This document shows, one piece after another, positions 18,921 to 29,174 of a stretch of 64,000 bases of DNA. Origin of the DNA: a virus; the IMG/VR virus record IMGVR_UViG_3300042521_002634, positions 1 through 64,000 of that record; one strand, written 5' to 3'. Numbering within the stretch: position 1 is the stretch's first letter; each line of letters starts with the position of its first letter. The notes under the pieces are model-generated. The model was not told the origin of the DNA. It made no database searches and worked only from the letters and a program-made list of their open reading frames with translations. The position numbers and the translations under genes are program-made.

Positions 18921-21900
18921 ATTGAACCTGCTCTAAGTTGAAACGCCAGTTGACGTGAAACCAACGCGGCAAGTTCGGCTTCGTCCATCTTCGGCGCTGG
19001 ATAGATGTTGAACGTCTGACCGCCAGCACTTCCGCCTGACATTAACTTTATCATCGCAATGTCACGCTTTGAGAGACCAGCATCGTTCAATGGCTCAATT
19101 CTTTCAGGCCGCCCTGCTTCGGCAACACGAACAAGCGAGCCTCCAGACGAAGGATAGACTGTTCCACCTAAGGCCATTCTGCGTACATTGCCAGCTGCAA
19201 CATCTGGAGCAACATACGCGTCGTTCTGACCCCAAAGTTTGATCTTTGGTATTCCAAATGTTTTTCCACCAATCCCATAAACCCAATCTGGGACTTTAAA
19301 TTGCATCTCGCCAACAGTGGCGTTCCATATTCGCGCGACCATGTTAAACGCTTGCTTAAACGGCGAGACGATAAGGTCAAAAACTCCACCAAAAATTTTC
19401 TTTATGCCGTTGAACATCGCTATAAACGCGTCACCAAAGTGTTTTTTAACGCCGTCTATGTCTCCACGAAGCAAGGCAAATATACCTTTAATAAAGCTCC
19501 AGACTGCCTTGAAGATGTCGATGATGCCGGCGACGATCTTAATAAATCCAACAATGGTGTCAGCGACTCGCTCAATCGCGCCAACAAGAACAATTTGAAG
19601 AATTGGAATAAAGTACGCGGCTAAGAAGTCACCAATATCTTTGAACACATCGCCAAATGACTGAACACCTGGCATTACCGTTTGGATTGCGCTAAGTATC
19701 TGGTCAAATGCCTGCTTAAGTTCGCCCATCAAAACTTGCCCCATACGAGCTATTGCGTCTCGAAGCTTTTCGCTTTTTAGATACGCGAGAACAAAGACTG
19801 CAACGAGCGCAGCGATGATGAGGACTGTAGGCGTAAGGGCCGCCGTCAGCGGAAGTAAAGCAGCTTTAAATCCAGCAAGTCCGCCGCCAGCTGTTGTGAA
19901 TGCGCTACCCATTGCTTTAGTAAGAGTGCTTACACCTGGTAGTAGGCTTACAATCTTCCCAAGCTTTACAAAATATCCACCAAAAATTAGAGCGGTAGTT
20001 TGGACAATGTTACCAATTAGAGTGAAACCTTTAAGAACTCCAAGAAATACTGCAATCTTCATTGTAAAGTCTTGAACTCTTGGATCTGAAAAGATTACGA
20101 TAAGACGATCAAGACCATCGATTAGAACGCCAAAAAACGCCTGTATTGATCCGCTTTCAGCGAAGAGACCTAAGAACTGAGTGAACTTCTCGAGGAAAGT
20201 TCCAAATGCCGGTAGCGCTCCGCTAGACGCTGACAGCGCAGTTCCGATGTTTCGTACTGCTATCGTCAAAGAGTCGATGAACTTAGCAGTTCCTTCTCCC
20301 TTGCCTATAGCAAAGATTTGTTTAAAGACCTCTACGATAAGACGCCCGGTTGCTTCAACACCAGGCACTGCCTTCATAAAGTAGTCTCCAAGTGCGCCGC
20401 TCTTTTCAGCTTCACCTGTAAATTCTTTGAATTTTTCAGTAGCGTTCTTAAACGAATTTAGAAGAGCTTCACCTGCACTACCAGGACCAGCCGCGGCTTT
20501 TCCTATGTTTCTAAGAGCGCCAAAGATGTTGCCAAGTATATCACCCAGCGTTGCAGCGACATCTCCCGCGTAGCTGAACGTTTCGCCGAGTTCTCCTGTG
20601 GCTTCTTTGGCCTTTGCAGTTTCTTTCCAACTGCCGGTGATGACTGCGAGCCAGTCAGCAAATCTAGTGATCAATGGACCTGCTGCATCCAGCAGAATAA
20701 TGAATATTTCTGCTAAGTTTTCAGCTGCTTTTCCAAGACTTTTTACGACGTCGCTGTTTCTACCAAAGATAGAAGTTATTCGATCTAGATTTTCTGGAGT
20801 AGTGAGCATCTCCGAGAAGCTAAGAGCCACTGCTCCGATTGAGGCACCCATCTCTGTAAGCAGCGGCTTAAGCCTTGGCACCAACTTATCTACAAGATTT
20901 TGAATGGCAGACTCTAGAGGACCAAATAGCTCTTTCCCAGCTGCAGCCCTTAGATCTAGCAACACTGGCTTTAGACCAGCGATATACTCAGCAAATTTTC
21001 GAGCTTCTGGTGACAGATCCTTCATCGCGTCAGCAATGGCGTTTACTCCACCAGCACCTTCTTTAGCTTCTTTTTTAGCTTCTCTTAGCGCTTCTTTGGC
21101 GTCTTCTAGCGCGCGGTTAGCGTCGCGTTCGTCTCGCTGCAGTTGGGTTGCAGCGTCGCTCCTCGCGCGAGTCGCGTCGAGAACTTGCTCAGAGCCTTCA
21201 ACTCCAGCTTTGTTTTGTTTTTCTGTTTCCTTAGTTAGATCAGCGTTCGCGTCTCTTGCTCGACGCAAATTAAGATCTGCTTCAGCAAACGCCAGTTCAG
21301 CTTCTCTTCGCGCACGGCTGTTCGGTGGCAAATCTTGAACACGGGCTAGTGTTTCACGAGCTTTTTCTAGCTCAATTGCAGCTTTCTTTTCATTGATCGC
21401 AGCGTCTTCAGCGTCAAAGTTAAGCTGCTGAAGACTTTCAGCCGCTTCGTCGCGCGCCTTTGTTAGAGCATTTTCTGCGTCAACAAGATTTCGTGCAGAA
21501 CGCTCGAGTCTCTCTTGATTATCCTCAACAGTTAGTGCAAGACGCTTTTCAGCATCAGTGATTCTTTTTAGCGCGTCTTCAGCACTTTTGCCGCCGCCTT
21601 TTGATCCTTTGACGAGCGCACTTATAGCTTTGCCAACTCCGCCAAATGCTAGTTTCGCGGTAAGCGCGGCCTGACCGATCGCCGCAAGAATTCCAGGAAG
21701 AACGATCAGTGACGGAAGCGCTGCGCCAATCTGAAACGCCATAGCGCCAAGCCCAGCCGCCAGCTGGGCGATAGCGCCGATAACTCCAGTAATCGCTGGT
21801 GTAACAAAATAGCTAGTAGTGACTAGTCGTCTAAACGCTTCATTAGCGTTAATAGCATCACGCTTAAACTTACTAAAAGCTTTTGAAGATCCGCCTAGTT

Positions 21901-22051
21901 GTCTAGTAAACCCAGTGCTAAATTGCTGTCCTGCACGTTGCCCTGCCTGAGCGGTATTGACCTGACTGAGCGCTCTATTGACTTGTCCTTGAAAGCCTGT
22001 AGTGACAGCTCTAACGACGATATACGCATCACCTACAACAGCCAATGTCAC
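18917..22051 (-). CDS. tape measure protein
   Basis: 1044 aa, Ala/Gly-rich helical protein with hydrophobic segments; VVGDAYIVVRA start, VAEAGRPE end; follows the tail assembly chaperones. Confidence 0.9.
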   Translation of the reverse strand: MTLAVVGDAYIVVRAVTTGFQGQVNRALSQVNTAQAGQRAGQQFSTGFTRQLGGSSKAFSKFKRDAINANEAFRRLVTTSYFVTPAITGVIGAIAQLAAGLGAMAFQIGAALPSLIVLPGILAAIGQAALTAKLAFGGVGKAISALVKGSKGGGKSAEDALKRITDAEKRLALTVEDNQERLERSARNLVDAENALTKARDEAAESLQQLNFDAEDAAINEKKAAIELEKARETLARVQDLPPNSRARREAELAFAEADLNLRRARDANADLTKETEKQNKAGVEGSEQVLDATRARSDAATQLQRDERDANRALEDAKEALREAKKEAKEGAGGVNAIADAMKDLSPEARKFAEYIAGLKPVLLDLRAAAGKELFGPLESAIQNLVDKLVPRLKPLLTEMGASIGAVALSFSEMLTTPENLDRITSIFGRNSDVVKSLGKAAENLAEIFIILLDAAGPLITRFADWLAVITGSWKETAKAKEATGELGETFSYAGDVAATLGDILGNIFGALRNIGKAAAGPGSAGEALLNSFKNATEKFKEFTGEAEKSGALGDYFMKAVPGVEATGRLIVEVFKQIFAIGKGEGTAKFIDSLTIAVRNIGTALSASSGALPAFGTFLEKFTQFLGLFAESGSIQAFFGVLIDGLDRLIVIFSDPRVQDFTMKIAVFLGVLKGFTLIGNIVQTTALIFGGYFVKLGKIVSLLPGVSTLTKAMGSAFTTAGGGLAGFKAALLPLTAALTPTVLIIAALVAVFVLAYLKSEKLRDAIARMGQVLMGELKQAFDQILSAIQTVMPGVQSFGDVFKDIGDFLAAYFIPILQIVLVGAIERVADTIVGFIKIVAGIIDIFKAVWSFIKGIFALLRGDIDGVKKHFGDAFIAMFNGIKKIFGGVFDLIVSPFKQAFNMVARIWNATVGEMQFKVPDWVYGIGGKTFGIPKIKLWGQNDAYVAPDVAAGNVRRMALGGTVYPSSGGSLVRVAEAGRPERIEPLNDAGLSKRDIAMIKLMSGGSAGGQTFNIYPAPKMDEAELAALVSRQLAFQLRAGSI

Positions 22052-22083
22052 TCACCTCCTTCAGACAATTATTTATTACTATT

Positions 22084-22512
22084 TTAATGGCTCAAAGGAG
22101 CGTCGATAATGCTCCCAAAGGGCATGCTTGAATCTGCATCAACCTTAGTTGGTTGCACAAACGGCTTAATCGGCGCGTCAAAAGCTTGAACCTTAGACGC
22201 TCGCTCCGTGTCAGCGGAGGCAGGGTCGTCAAAGTCCTTGTAGGTTCTGTAGCTCTTTTCTTCGAATACTGCGTACTTGTAGTCGATATCGTACAGTTCT
22301 TTGTACATCGAGAATCGAACTTTATCCCTTGACTCTCCTTGTTCTTTAGTTGAATGATAAAGATCTTCTTCAAAAAAGTAATGAAGAACGTCTACCATGT
22401 CTCCAACGAGCAAGGTTGGCAGTTCAATGTGATTTACAATCGCCTTGCCATTAATGTACGGCCAGAGATCTACGCACCAGGTGGCGAGACTTCTGGCCGC
22501 TGCGTAGGGCGG
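22084..22512 (-). CDS. tail assembly chaperone, frameshifted C-terminal part (gpGT-like)
   Basis: The -1 frame is open from 22512 (PYAAARSLATWCVDLWPYINGKA...) into ORF 22084..22413; no convincing start of its own. Confidence 0.6.
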   Translation of the reverse strand, partial: PPYAAARSLATWCVDLWPYINGKAIVNHIELPTLLVGDMVDVLHYFFEEDLYHSTKEQGESRDKVRFSMYKELYDIDYKYAVFEEKSYRTYKDFDDPASADTERASKVQAFDAPIKPFVQPTKVDADSSMPFGSIIDAPLSH

Positions 22513-22820
22513 TCAGAGTACGCCTCCACTAGCCAACCGGTGATCTCGCCGAGTGTCTCCATTGAGACGATTCGGTCTGGATCCTGAGTCAACGCGTCGA
22601 AACGTGCGTAGCTTTCTGGCATTAGAACAGTCTTGAAGAACTCATCAATTACTTGAGCAGATTCTGCTGGATTTTCTCCGCCAGACTTTGCTATTAAGTT
22701 TAGAAGAACCTTGCCTTGCATTTCTTGACGGCAATTGAACTCTTCTTCGTGAATCTTAAAGGATATGTTCTCTTTTCCTTCTGTCTTGCTACCAGCGCCA
22801 AAGTCCTTGAACTTGGTCAT
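22470..22820 (-). CDS. tail assembly chaperone (gpG-like)
   Basis: Position before the TMP; ends WLVEAYSDRPT...; GGAGG SD. Confidence 0.75.
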   Translation of the reverse strand: MTKFKDFGAGSKTEGKENISFKIHEEEFNCRQEMQGKVLLNLIAKSGGENPAESAQVIDEFFKTVLMPESYARFDALTQDPDRIVSMETLGEITGWLVEAYSDRPTQRPEVSPPGA

Positions 22821-22876
22821 TTTTCTTCCTCCGTTTATGTCTGTGTTGTCGTTGAAAGCAGTTGCTTTCGCTATCT

Positions 22877-23272
22877 CTACAATATCATGTATAAGTTGTC
22901 CGCTAGATATTTATTCGGACGTGTTCCCGGGTGAAGTACTGTTCGTGCGTACACTACTCTACCTTTTGAGGTAAACCTAAGCATCTTCGCGTTCTTAGGG
23001 GTTATGACATGTGGTCGGCTGCCTTCATGATGAACAAGAGCGTAGCTCAGAGGCGAGCCAATCGTTAGCATCTGGCCAAACACCGTTCTTTCATGAATTA
23101 GCTTAATAGAAGCTTTAAGTGCACCTGTTTGTATACCAGCCTGCGCTTTAGCGGCAGACTGAATCATAGTTCCGCGCTTGCGCAGCCATCTGCCAACTTC
23201 TCCTTGAGGTTGCTTGAGCATTACATCAAGCGGAATCTGCCGCCATACAATATGCGCTTTTACAGAAGCCAT
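22877..23272 (-). CDS. HK97 gp10-like tail completion/neck protein
   Basis: TGALKASI, YALVHHEG, HPGTRPNKYL. Confidence 0.75.
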   Translation of the reverse strand: MASVKAHIVWRQIPLDVMLKQPQGEVGRWLRKRGTMIQSAAKAQAGIQTGALKASIKLIHERTVFGQMLTIGSPLSYALVHHEGSRPHVITPKNAKMLRFTSKGRVVYARTVLHPGTRPNKYLADNLYMIL

Positions 23273-23775
23273 TATGGCACTGCCATAGTAATTTGCATAT
23301 TCACAACTTGAAATCCACCTTCTGATGAAGGAGCGTCAACTGTTGCAATTACACCAACGCCGTATCCGCCTTCTTCCCACATGTCAAAAAGATTTACTGA
23401 CTCCATGAGAACCCAAGCATCTACAGCCGAGATCTCAGCAGCTTGTTGAATCTTGCTGGGCTCAGGCGGACGTCCGTTTTGCCCGACGACTGGCACTTCT
23501 CTTGCAAGTGATATCGTCATCACCGCAGTGCGTGGCATGTTGCACCGTTGAGGAGTTGACGCCTGATCTCCTGGAGGACCTAGATACATTTGAATGAACG
23601 AAACAACCAACTGTTCGCAGTCTATCGCAGGCTGGCCCATCGACCAATACTGCCTATTTGGAAGAGGCACGTTGTACGACGCAAAGATCGTAGCAACTCT
23701 TGCTAGAACTCCCTCAAGTAGTTCTTTAAGATTTAGCCCGTCTTCTGATACGTTTGTAACGTCGATAATTGGCAT
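23272..23775 (-). CDS. putative tail terminator / neck protein
   Basis: Synteny; DCEQLVV and EGG motifs seen in actinophage neck proteins. Confidence 0.55.
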   Translation of the reverse strand: MPIIDVTNVSEDGLNLKELLEGVLARVATIFASYNVPLPNRQYWSMGQPAIDCEQLVVSFIQMYLGPPGDQASTPQRCNMPRTAVMTISLAREVPVVGQNGRPPEPSKIQQAAEISAVDAWVLMESVNLFDMWEEGGYGVGVIATVDAPSSEGGFQVVNMQITMAVP

Positions 23776-23891
23776 GGTCTAGAGTCACTCTCCCGTTTGT
23801 GGTGGTTTTACAACGACTAGAGCTACCGGTGCCTTAGAAGTGATCTGAGTGCCTAATAAGACGGAATTACGCATAGTATGTCTCTAGTTTC

Positions 23892-25031
23892 CTAAGAACC
23901 TATTGTATACACTGGAATTGCAGAAGCGCCTAGGTTCATTGAAAGATTAAAGGCACCAATGAAAACGGTCTCAGTCTGCCCGGCAACCAGCGTGCTCGGC
24001 CGATTCGCGTACAGTTCAAAAGTCCCTGGGTCGTACATTCCAAGAACACCAAGCGCTTCTTGATAAGAAACTTCAATGCGCATTACGGTGTCAAGTTCTG
24101 TAAACGTAACAGCATTAGTGTTTAGCACGAGTGACTTTGAGTTAGAAGTATTGTAGATCGTCACCTCTGGCACCCAGCCAGAGTTGTCCGTCAAGAACTC
24201 TGCGTTGAGCCACTGAAGTGTAGCGGAGGCAGCACCGCCAGCAGAGCTATTGACATTTATGTCAAAGTCTGTCGCGGCGTACTTACCCGATTTTGGCGTA
24301 TAGCGTCTTGCACGTGCCACATCAGGGCTAAAGACTCGTGCTCGAGAACGAGCCTTATCTGGATTGACTGACTTAAGAAACAAGTCTATTGAGTAGATGC
24401 CTGTTCGCATGTCGTCAAGGAAGTCTTGACTGTCAAGAATAGTGTAAGACACTCCTTGACGACTAACTGAAGTTACTCGTTGCGGCAGTGCGCAGTCCTC
24501 ACCAGACCAAAGTTTAATAAACTCAAGTGCAAGAATTCGTGCAGCTTGTTTTCCCATAGCTGGTGGCTCAACTCCATAAGAGTAGGTAACCTCAACATCG
24601 CACGGTGTCCATGGCGCTCCACGCACTGACTGTATTGTTGAATGATCAACAAGATAATAAAAGCTTGGATCAATAATTTGACCGTCCCTGTTTCGCATTT
24701 GCTGCACTAGATGCACTGGACGCCCACGAAGACGAAGTCTTGCAGCTGGAGACAGACCGTCAGTAGTCATGTCTTCAAAATAGTCAAATGTCGCTGATGG
24801 AATGTTGTAGACCTGGCCGCTAATTAGCTCTGCGCTATAGGTTGTAGTGGCAGCGCCATATCTGTACGTACGTGAAGCGCAGATGTAGCGCTCTGTTACT
24901 GTTGTTAGCCCGGTGTACTTGCGACCAGACAACGCCCAAAGAATATTTGAAGCCGATTTTGCCGCGTCGTACGCGTAGTCGGAGTCAGAGTATACCCCCA
25001 GTTCACTTGTCTGTATCCAAAGGCTTGACAT
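23892..25031 (-). CDS. head-to-tail adaptor protein
   Basis: AS.ILWALSGRKY, VTYSYG..PP, CALPQRVTSVSRQGVS, TGI..IDLFL..VNP. Confidence 0.75.
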   Translation of the reverse strand: MSSLWIQTSELGVYSDSDYAYDAAKSASNILWALSGRKYTGLTTVTERYICASRTYRYGAATTTYSAELISGQVYNIPSATFDYFEDMTTDGLSPAARLRLRGRPVHLVQQMRNRDGQIIDPSFYYLVDHSTIQSVRGAPWTPCDVEVTYSYGVEPPAMGKQAARILALEFIKLWSGEDCALPQRVTSVSRQGVSYTILDSQDFLDDMRTGIYSIDLFLKSVNPDKARSRARVFSPDVARARRYTPKSGKYAATDFDINVNSSAGGAASATLQWLNAEFLTDNSGWVPEVTIYNTSNSKSLVLNTNAVTFTELDTVMRIEVSYQEALGVLGMYDPGTFELYANRPSTLVAGQTETVFIGAFNLSMNLGASAIPVYTIGS

Positions 25032-25066
25032 CTATTGTTCCTCACGTCTCTTATATGAAAAGCGCA

Positions 25067-25111
25067 AAAGCGGCGCGCTTGTATAAATTGTATACTGAGC
25101 GCGCCGCCTTT
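25067..25111 (-). terminator. terminator after the major tail gene
   Basis: GCGGCGCGCT-GTATA...TATAC-AGCGCGCCGC inverted repeat followed by a U-run on the minus strand. Confidence 0.7.
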
Positions 25112-25121
25112 ACAATTGCGA

Positions 25122-26171
25122 CTACGACGTTGGGTCCTCCGTTGAAGCGATGATGAAGTCAATTGAGTCATCTTCGTTGTAGTCAACGTTACCAGGCACG
25201 TTGTACGACGTTGTTGAGCCCTGCGACGTAAAGTCTGTAACATCCCAGCTATTTGCCAAGCATACAACTGTGCCGGTATCGGCTGCAGATGTAATTGTAC
25301 CGCTTGTTGACGTAGTATAGGTGAGTGTTGTTGTTGTAGGAACTGTGGCAATTGTATATGTACCATGAAGAGCTGAGTTGCCGTTTGTTCCCGCAACTGT
25401 GATTTCGTCACCTACGCGGAGACTGTGAGCTGCTGACGTTGTGAGCGTAGCTGTTGAACCAGTACGTGCACTGTTTGTGATTGTCGAAGTGAGGTCACCG
25501 TGCCATTCGTAGAAGCCCTTGCGACCTGTCGGTGCCCAAGAATCACGAGCGTACGAGTACGGACGCTCTGTTGCTGTTGCGAACTCCCAACGATCGTCAA
25601 GGCCATTGCCGAACAACGAGTTGCCGATGCTGTAGCCTTCGAATGTGCTTGCAAGCATTCCGTTTTCAATCACACGGTCACCCGACTGGCGCATGCGACA
25701 GTATGGGAACACCCAGTGGAAGTACGGAAGTGTTGCTGCTCGCTTACCGTCCTTGACGGCGAACGACCAGCACTCGATAGCGACACCGTTACCGGCTGGA
25801 TCATCGCCGACGTTCGGTGACGACCAACCAATGCTTGAGCGGTTAGGCGCTGCGAATGTGCCGAGGTTTTTGCGAAGCAAAAGACCGCCGGACATTAAGT
25901 TTGTTAATTCAGGATCTGGCTCGCAGATAGCGAGCTCAAGCGTCACGCGCTTGAGCGTGTCTGGCGCTTTGTACGACACACAGATCGTACCGTTTGCTGA
26001 CTTTTCTACGACTTCATCGCCTTCTTCGTATTCAGGCGTGAATGACAAACGCATAAAAGCGCTCGTTGTGTAGCTGTCTCCTGGGTTGTTAAGCAAGTTG
26101 CCAGCTGCGTCGAGACGTGTTACACGGACCGATACACCTTGAATGCTTGCTGCGTAATCTTGTGTTGACAT
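25122..26171 (-). CDS. major tail protein with an inserted decoration domain
   Basis: RVTRLDAAG, PEYEEGDE..EKSANGTICV, YFHWVFP; highly expressed codon usage; downstream terminator. Confidence 0.8.
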   Translation of the reverse strand: MSTQDYAASIQGVSVRVTRLDAAGNLLNNPGDSYTTSAFMRLSFTPEYEEGDEVVEKSANGTICVSYKAPDTLKRVTLELAICEPDPELTNLMSGGLLLRKNLGTFAAPNRSSIGWSSPNVGDDPAGNGVAIECWSFAVKDGKRAATLPYFHWVFPYCRMRQSGDRVIENGMLASTFEGYSIGNSLFGNGLDDRWEFATATERPYSYARDSWAPTGRKGFYEWHGDLTSTITNSARTGSTATLTTSAAHSLRVGDEITVAGTNGNSALHGTYTIATVPTTTTLTYTTSTSGTITSAADTGTVVCLANSWDVTDFTSQGSTTSYNVPGNVDYNEDDSIDFIIASTEDPTS

Positions 26172-26192
26172 TGCTGTTGTTCTCCTTAGTGA

Positions 26193-27068
26193 TTAGGTTG
26201 TCAGGTCTACTCTGACTGCTAGATGAATTGTTCTATCAAAGTAAACCGCCGCTGGGCGAATTGCCTTGAGCTTCATGTCATTTTGGTTTCCGCTGACATC
26301 ATACGCCTGGCCGTTGTTGTCGTTTACAACATCAACGTTTCCGACGTATACCTGCACTGATCCAGTGCCATATATCCATTTGTTTCCGTCGGTTGCGGTT
26401 GCGCCAGTGACACCAGTCGGCCCAGTGCCCGAATATCCAGATCCAATGATTATTGGCGTTCCAGATATTGTCTCAAGACGGCCATCAGCAGTGTGATAGA
26501 GCACGTCGTTGTTAGCTAAAAGCGAGGCGATGTCGCGTGTCATGTGAATAACGCCCTGTTCTCCACAAGGAGATGTTGATCCAATCTTAAAGTCAAGAAG
26601 CGCAAGTGCTCTAGCCACGTTAAGTGCTGTCCCACTGTTTAAGACTGTTGCTGTGGCGGCGGATAGCGCGAGATTGTCGTGTGACGCTCCTTCACGGACT
26701 GCTCCGTCCCAAAGTTCTTGCTCAATTGCCTTTTGTGTAATTCCTTCAATTTGTCGTGAAATTCTTTCAAAGCGATCAAGCGCTGTGTAACCAAATGTTG
26801 AGATCTGTTCTTCTACTTCAATAAAAAATGGCTTGATCTGTGTGTGGCGTATTGGCGTACCGTTTGACGCGATAGACGCTGAAGTTGTGTCAGTGTCGTC
26901 CCAGTTCTTCGCTGAGTAGATGCTTGTGTTCCATTCTTGGGCAAAGGTGCGGATCCACCGGTCCTCATCGGCCAAGGCAGTCGCTTCAGGCTTGGCTACT
27001 GAAAATAGACCAAAGTCTGCTGGCTCAATTGCAGGTGCGACTACAACTCCATCTTTTGGAAATGCCAT
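26193..27068 (-). CDS. second capsid protein (probable pentamer-type, as in cluster-B-like actinophages)
   Basis: Directly after the MCP; AIEQELWDG, GVIHM, GTPIIIGSGY, WIYGTG. Confidence 0.55.
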   Translation of the reverse strand: MAFPKDGVVVAPAIEPADFGLFSVAKPEATALADEDRWIRTFAQEWNTSIYSAKNWDDTDTTSASIASNGTPIRHTQIKPFFIEVEEQISTFGYTALDRFERISRQIEGITQKAIEQELWDGAVREGASHDNLALSAATATVLNSGTALNVARALALLDFKIGSTSPCGEQGVIHMTRDIASLLANNDVLYHTADGRLETISGTPIIIGSGYSGTGPTGVTGATATDGNKWIYGTGSVQVYVGNVDVVNDNNGQAYDVSGNQNDMKLKAIRPAAVYFDRTIHLAVRVDLTT

Positions 27069-27114
27069 TTTCTCTTCCTAACGTAAGTTTCGCGTGCTTT
27101 ACTTCTAATTCGTC

Positions 27115-27145
27115 TAGGGGGACGCTCATTTCTGAGCGCCCCCTC
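27115..27145 (-). terminator. hairpin after the major capsid gene
   Basis: AGGGGG(A)CGCTCA-tttc-TGAGCGCCCCCT. Confidence 0.6.
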
Positions 27146-27170
27146 AAACGATATCAGCTTACAAGTTTAT

Positions 27171-29057
27171 TTAGAACTCGATTGCTGCTGCTGTTGCACC
27201 ACCAGTTGTGTCACGGAGAGCTGCTGCTGTACCGTTGACTGCAATTGTTGATGTAACTGCGAGTGACTCAACTCCGACAAACGCGATTCCTTCGAAGGTT
27301 TCAACGAACATCTTGTAGTCGTTGGTTCCTACGAGTGTGGAGTCACGGATGATGCCGAGGTCCAAGGTGCCACCGTCAAGGAAGAGGAACGAACCCTCTG
27401 CGAAGATGTACCATGTGAATGAATCTGTGAATTCAACAAGTGCTGCTGATCCGCCTTGTGCACCAATTACGTTCTGGTCAGGTGTGAACGTAATGTTTAC
27501 ATTACGAGACGCCATCCAACCATCAATTTCACCGGCTGCTGCAAGATTGCTGTCACCAGGCATGTTCATCGCGAGGTCAGCGACCATTGCGTCTTTTACC
27601 CACGATGGAGCAATTACGCGAAGTGGTGCGTCTGACGCCATACGATGACGGCTACGGTAACCCATCGAAGCGCGACCAAGTTGCACCAAGAAGTCACGTG
27701 CGAAGCCCAAGAGCGACGATGTTGTGACTGCTGTTGATGCAGAGCTGATCTTGCCAAGCAAGTACTGTTCTGCCTCGCGAGCGTGCTGAATCAGACCCAA
27801 CTCGTTGTGACGAGCGATGAGTTCTGGGTAAGCACGTGTCATGAGGTTACCGAACTGCAATTGCAGAGTGACTGCGTCAGTGGCAACTGTGTTTTCTGTT
27901 GCTGCTGATACTGTCAGGCTGGTCTTGGTGTCGGTGCCAGGATTTGTGTCTGTTGCGTTAGTCCACGTGCCAACTGCGTTTGCATAGCTCGAGAGCACCG
28001 GAGGCGTGATGAAGCGGATACCGCCACGGTCAGCCTGGAACTTCGGCAATGAATCGCGTACTGGACGCTCTGTTGTGCCTACGCCAAAGATGTCATACTT
28101 GATGGCGAAAGGTGTTGAATGACCACCCGATGCAACGAGTGCTTCTGGACCGCTAACGGCCTGCACTTTTGCCCAGTTGGCTTCAGCATCTTGCGTCAGT
28201 TGACGTGACTCAGGGTAGCCTGTTGAGAAAGAAGCGACGATGTGTTGTTCTCCATCGCCACCGTTGACTCGGCGAAGACCATGCAAACGCTTGGCCATTG
28301 CTTCAGCAACTTCTTTCATGTCCTTAATTTCGCTGCCTGCAGTGTAACCAGGGATATCTGCGCCGGCAGTAATTGCTACTGGTGCGAACTCCTCAGTTGT
28401 TGCTGTCAGACTGCGGTCTGCTGGAGCTTGGAATTCTACTTCCACGCTCTCATTTGATGCGGCGGCGCTCATTGATGCCTCCTGCTCTTTCTGCTCTTCT
28501 TGAGCTGGTTCTTGAATTGTTGTTGTTGTTGCTGCTTCTGCTTCAACGATTACTTCTGCAACAGCTTCTGTTGCGACAACAGCGGCTTCTGCTTGCGCAG
28601 GCACCTCTGCTACCACTTCAGCAACTGCAGCTTCAGCTACGTGAGCTTCTGCATTTTCTGCTGTCTCAATCGAAAGTGTAGTCTGTGCTTCCTCAGTAAT
28701 TGATGCTTCTTCCATTGGTTTCATTTCTTCCTCTTCTTCGACTGCTTTAGGAGCTTCAGGAGCTTCTTCTGCTTCGATTTCTGGGGTTTCCATGTCACCT
28801 TCTGCTTCACCCTTAACACGCATGGCGGCTTCAGCAGCGCGTGCAGCAAGCTCTTGTGCTTGTGCTTCACGACGCTTAGCTTCACCACGCACTGTGTCGA
28901 GCATGTCGGCAAGTGTGGTCATAGCTTCAACTGTCTGAGGAGTTGGATCTTCTTTTTCGACCGATTCAAACTCGCTGACGATAGCACCTTGCAGATCGAC
29001 GATTTGATCGTCGGTCAGCTCAGTGATAGTGTCAAGCATTTGTTTAATTTGGTCCAC
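27171..29057 (-). CDS. major capsid protein with a fused N-terminal scaffold
   Basis: GTG at 29057 after GGAGGAGG; acidic coiled-coil N-terminus; ALVASGG, RPVRDSLPKFQADRGG, GGTLDLGIIRDS..NDYKMFVETFEG. Confidence 0.85.
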   Translation of the reverse strand: MDQIKQMLDTITELTDDQIVDLQGAIVSEFESVEKEDPTPQTVEAMTTLADMLDTVRGEAKRREAQAQELAARAAEAAMRVKGEAEGDMETPEIEAEEAPEAPKAVEEEEEMKPMEEASITEEAQTTLSIETAENAEAHVAEAAVAEVVAEVPAQAEAAVVATEAVAEVIVEAEAATTTTIQEPAQEEQKEQEASMSAAASNESVEVEFQAPADRSLTATTEEFAPVAITAGADIPGYTAGSEIKDMKEVAEAMAKRLHGLRRVNGGDGEQHIVASFSTGYPESRQLTQDAEANWAKVQAVSGPEALVASGGHSTPFAIKYDIFGVGTTERPVRDSLPKFQADRGGIRFITPPVLSSYANAVGTWTNATDTNPGTDTKTSLTVSAATENTVATDAVTLQLQFGNLMTRAYPELIARHNELGLIQHAREAEQYLLGKISSASTAVTTSSLLGFARDFLVQLGRASMGYRSRHRMASDAPLRVIAPSWVKDAMVADLAMNMPGDSNLAAAGEIDGWMASRNVNITFTPDQNVIGAQGGSAALVEFTDSFTWYIFAEGSFLFLDGGTLDLGIIRDSTLVGTNDYKMFVETFEGIAFVGVESLAVTSTIAVNGTAAALRDTTGGATAAAIEF

Positions 29058-29174
29058 TGTCCCTCCTCCGGGCCAGTCATGATGGTTGCTCGGATTGCTT
29101 CCATCTCGGTTTTCTGTCCAAGGCGGGGGACTCAGCGCAACAAGCGAAGAGGCACTCACCTACGATAGATATTA

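Noticed and set aside
23785-23874. 29-aa ORF between the adaptor and tail terminator genes
   Set aside because: Too short, with a weak SD and no motif; it cannot be supported.
27171-29159. Capsid start at 29159, and extended starts of early ORFs (52157, 60511, 60167, 51696, 54105)
   Set aside because: Better starts with an SD or leaderless geometry lie downstream; the extensions merely translate promoter or leader sequence.
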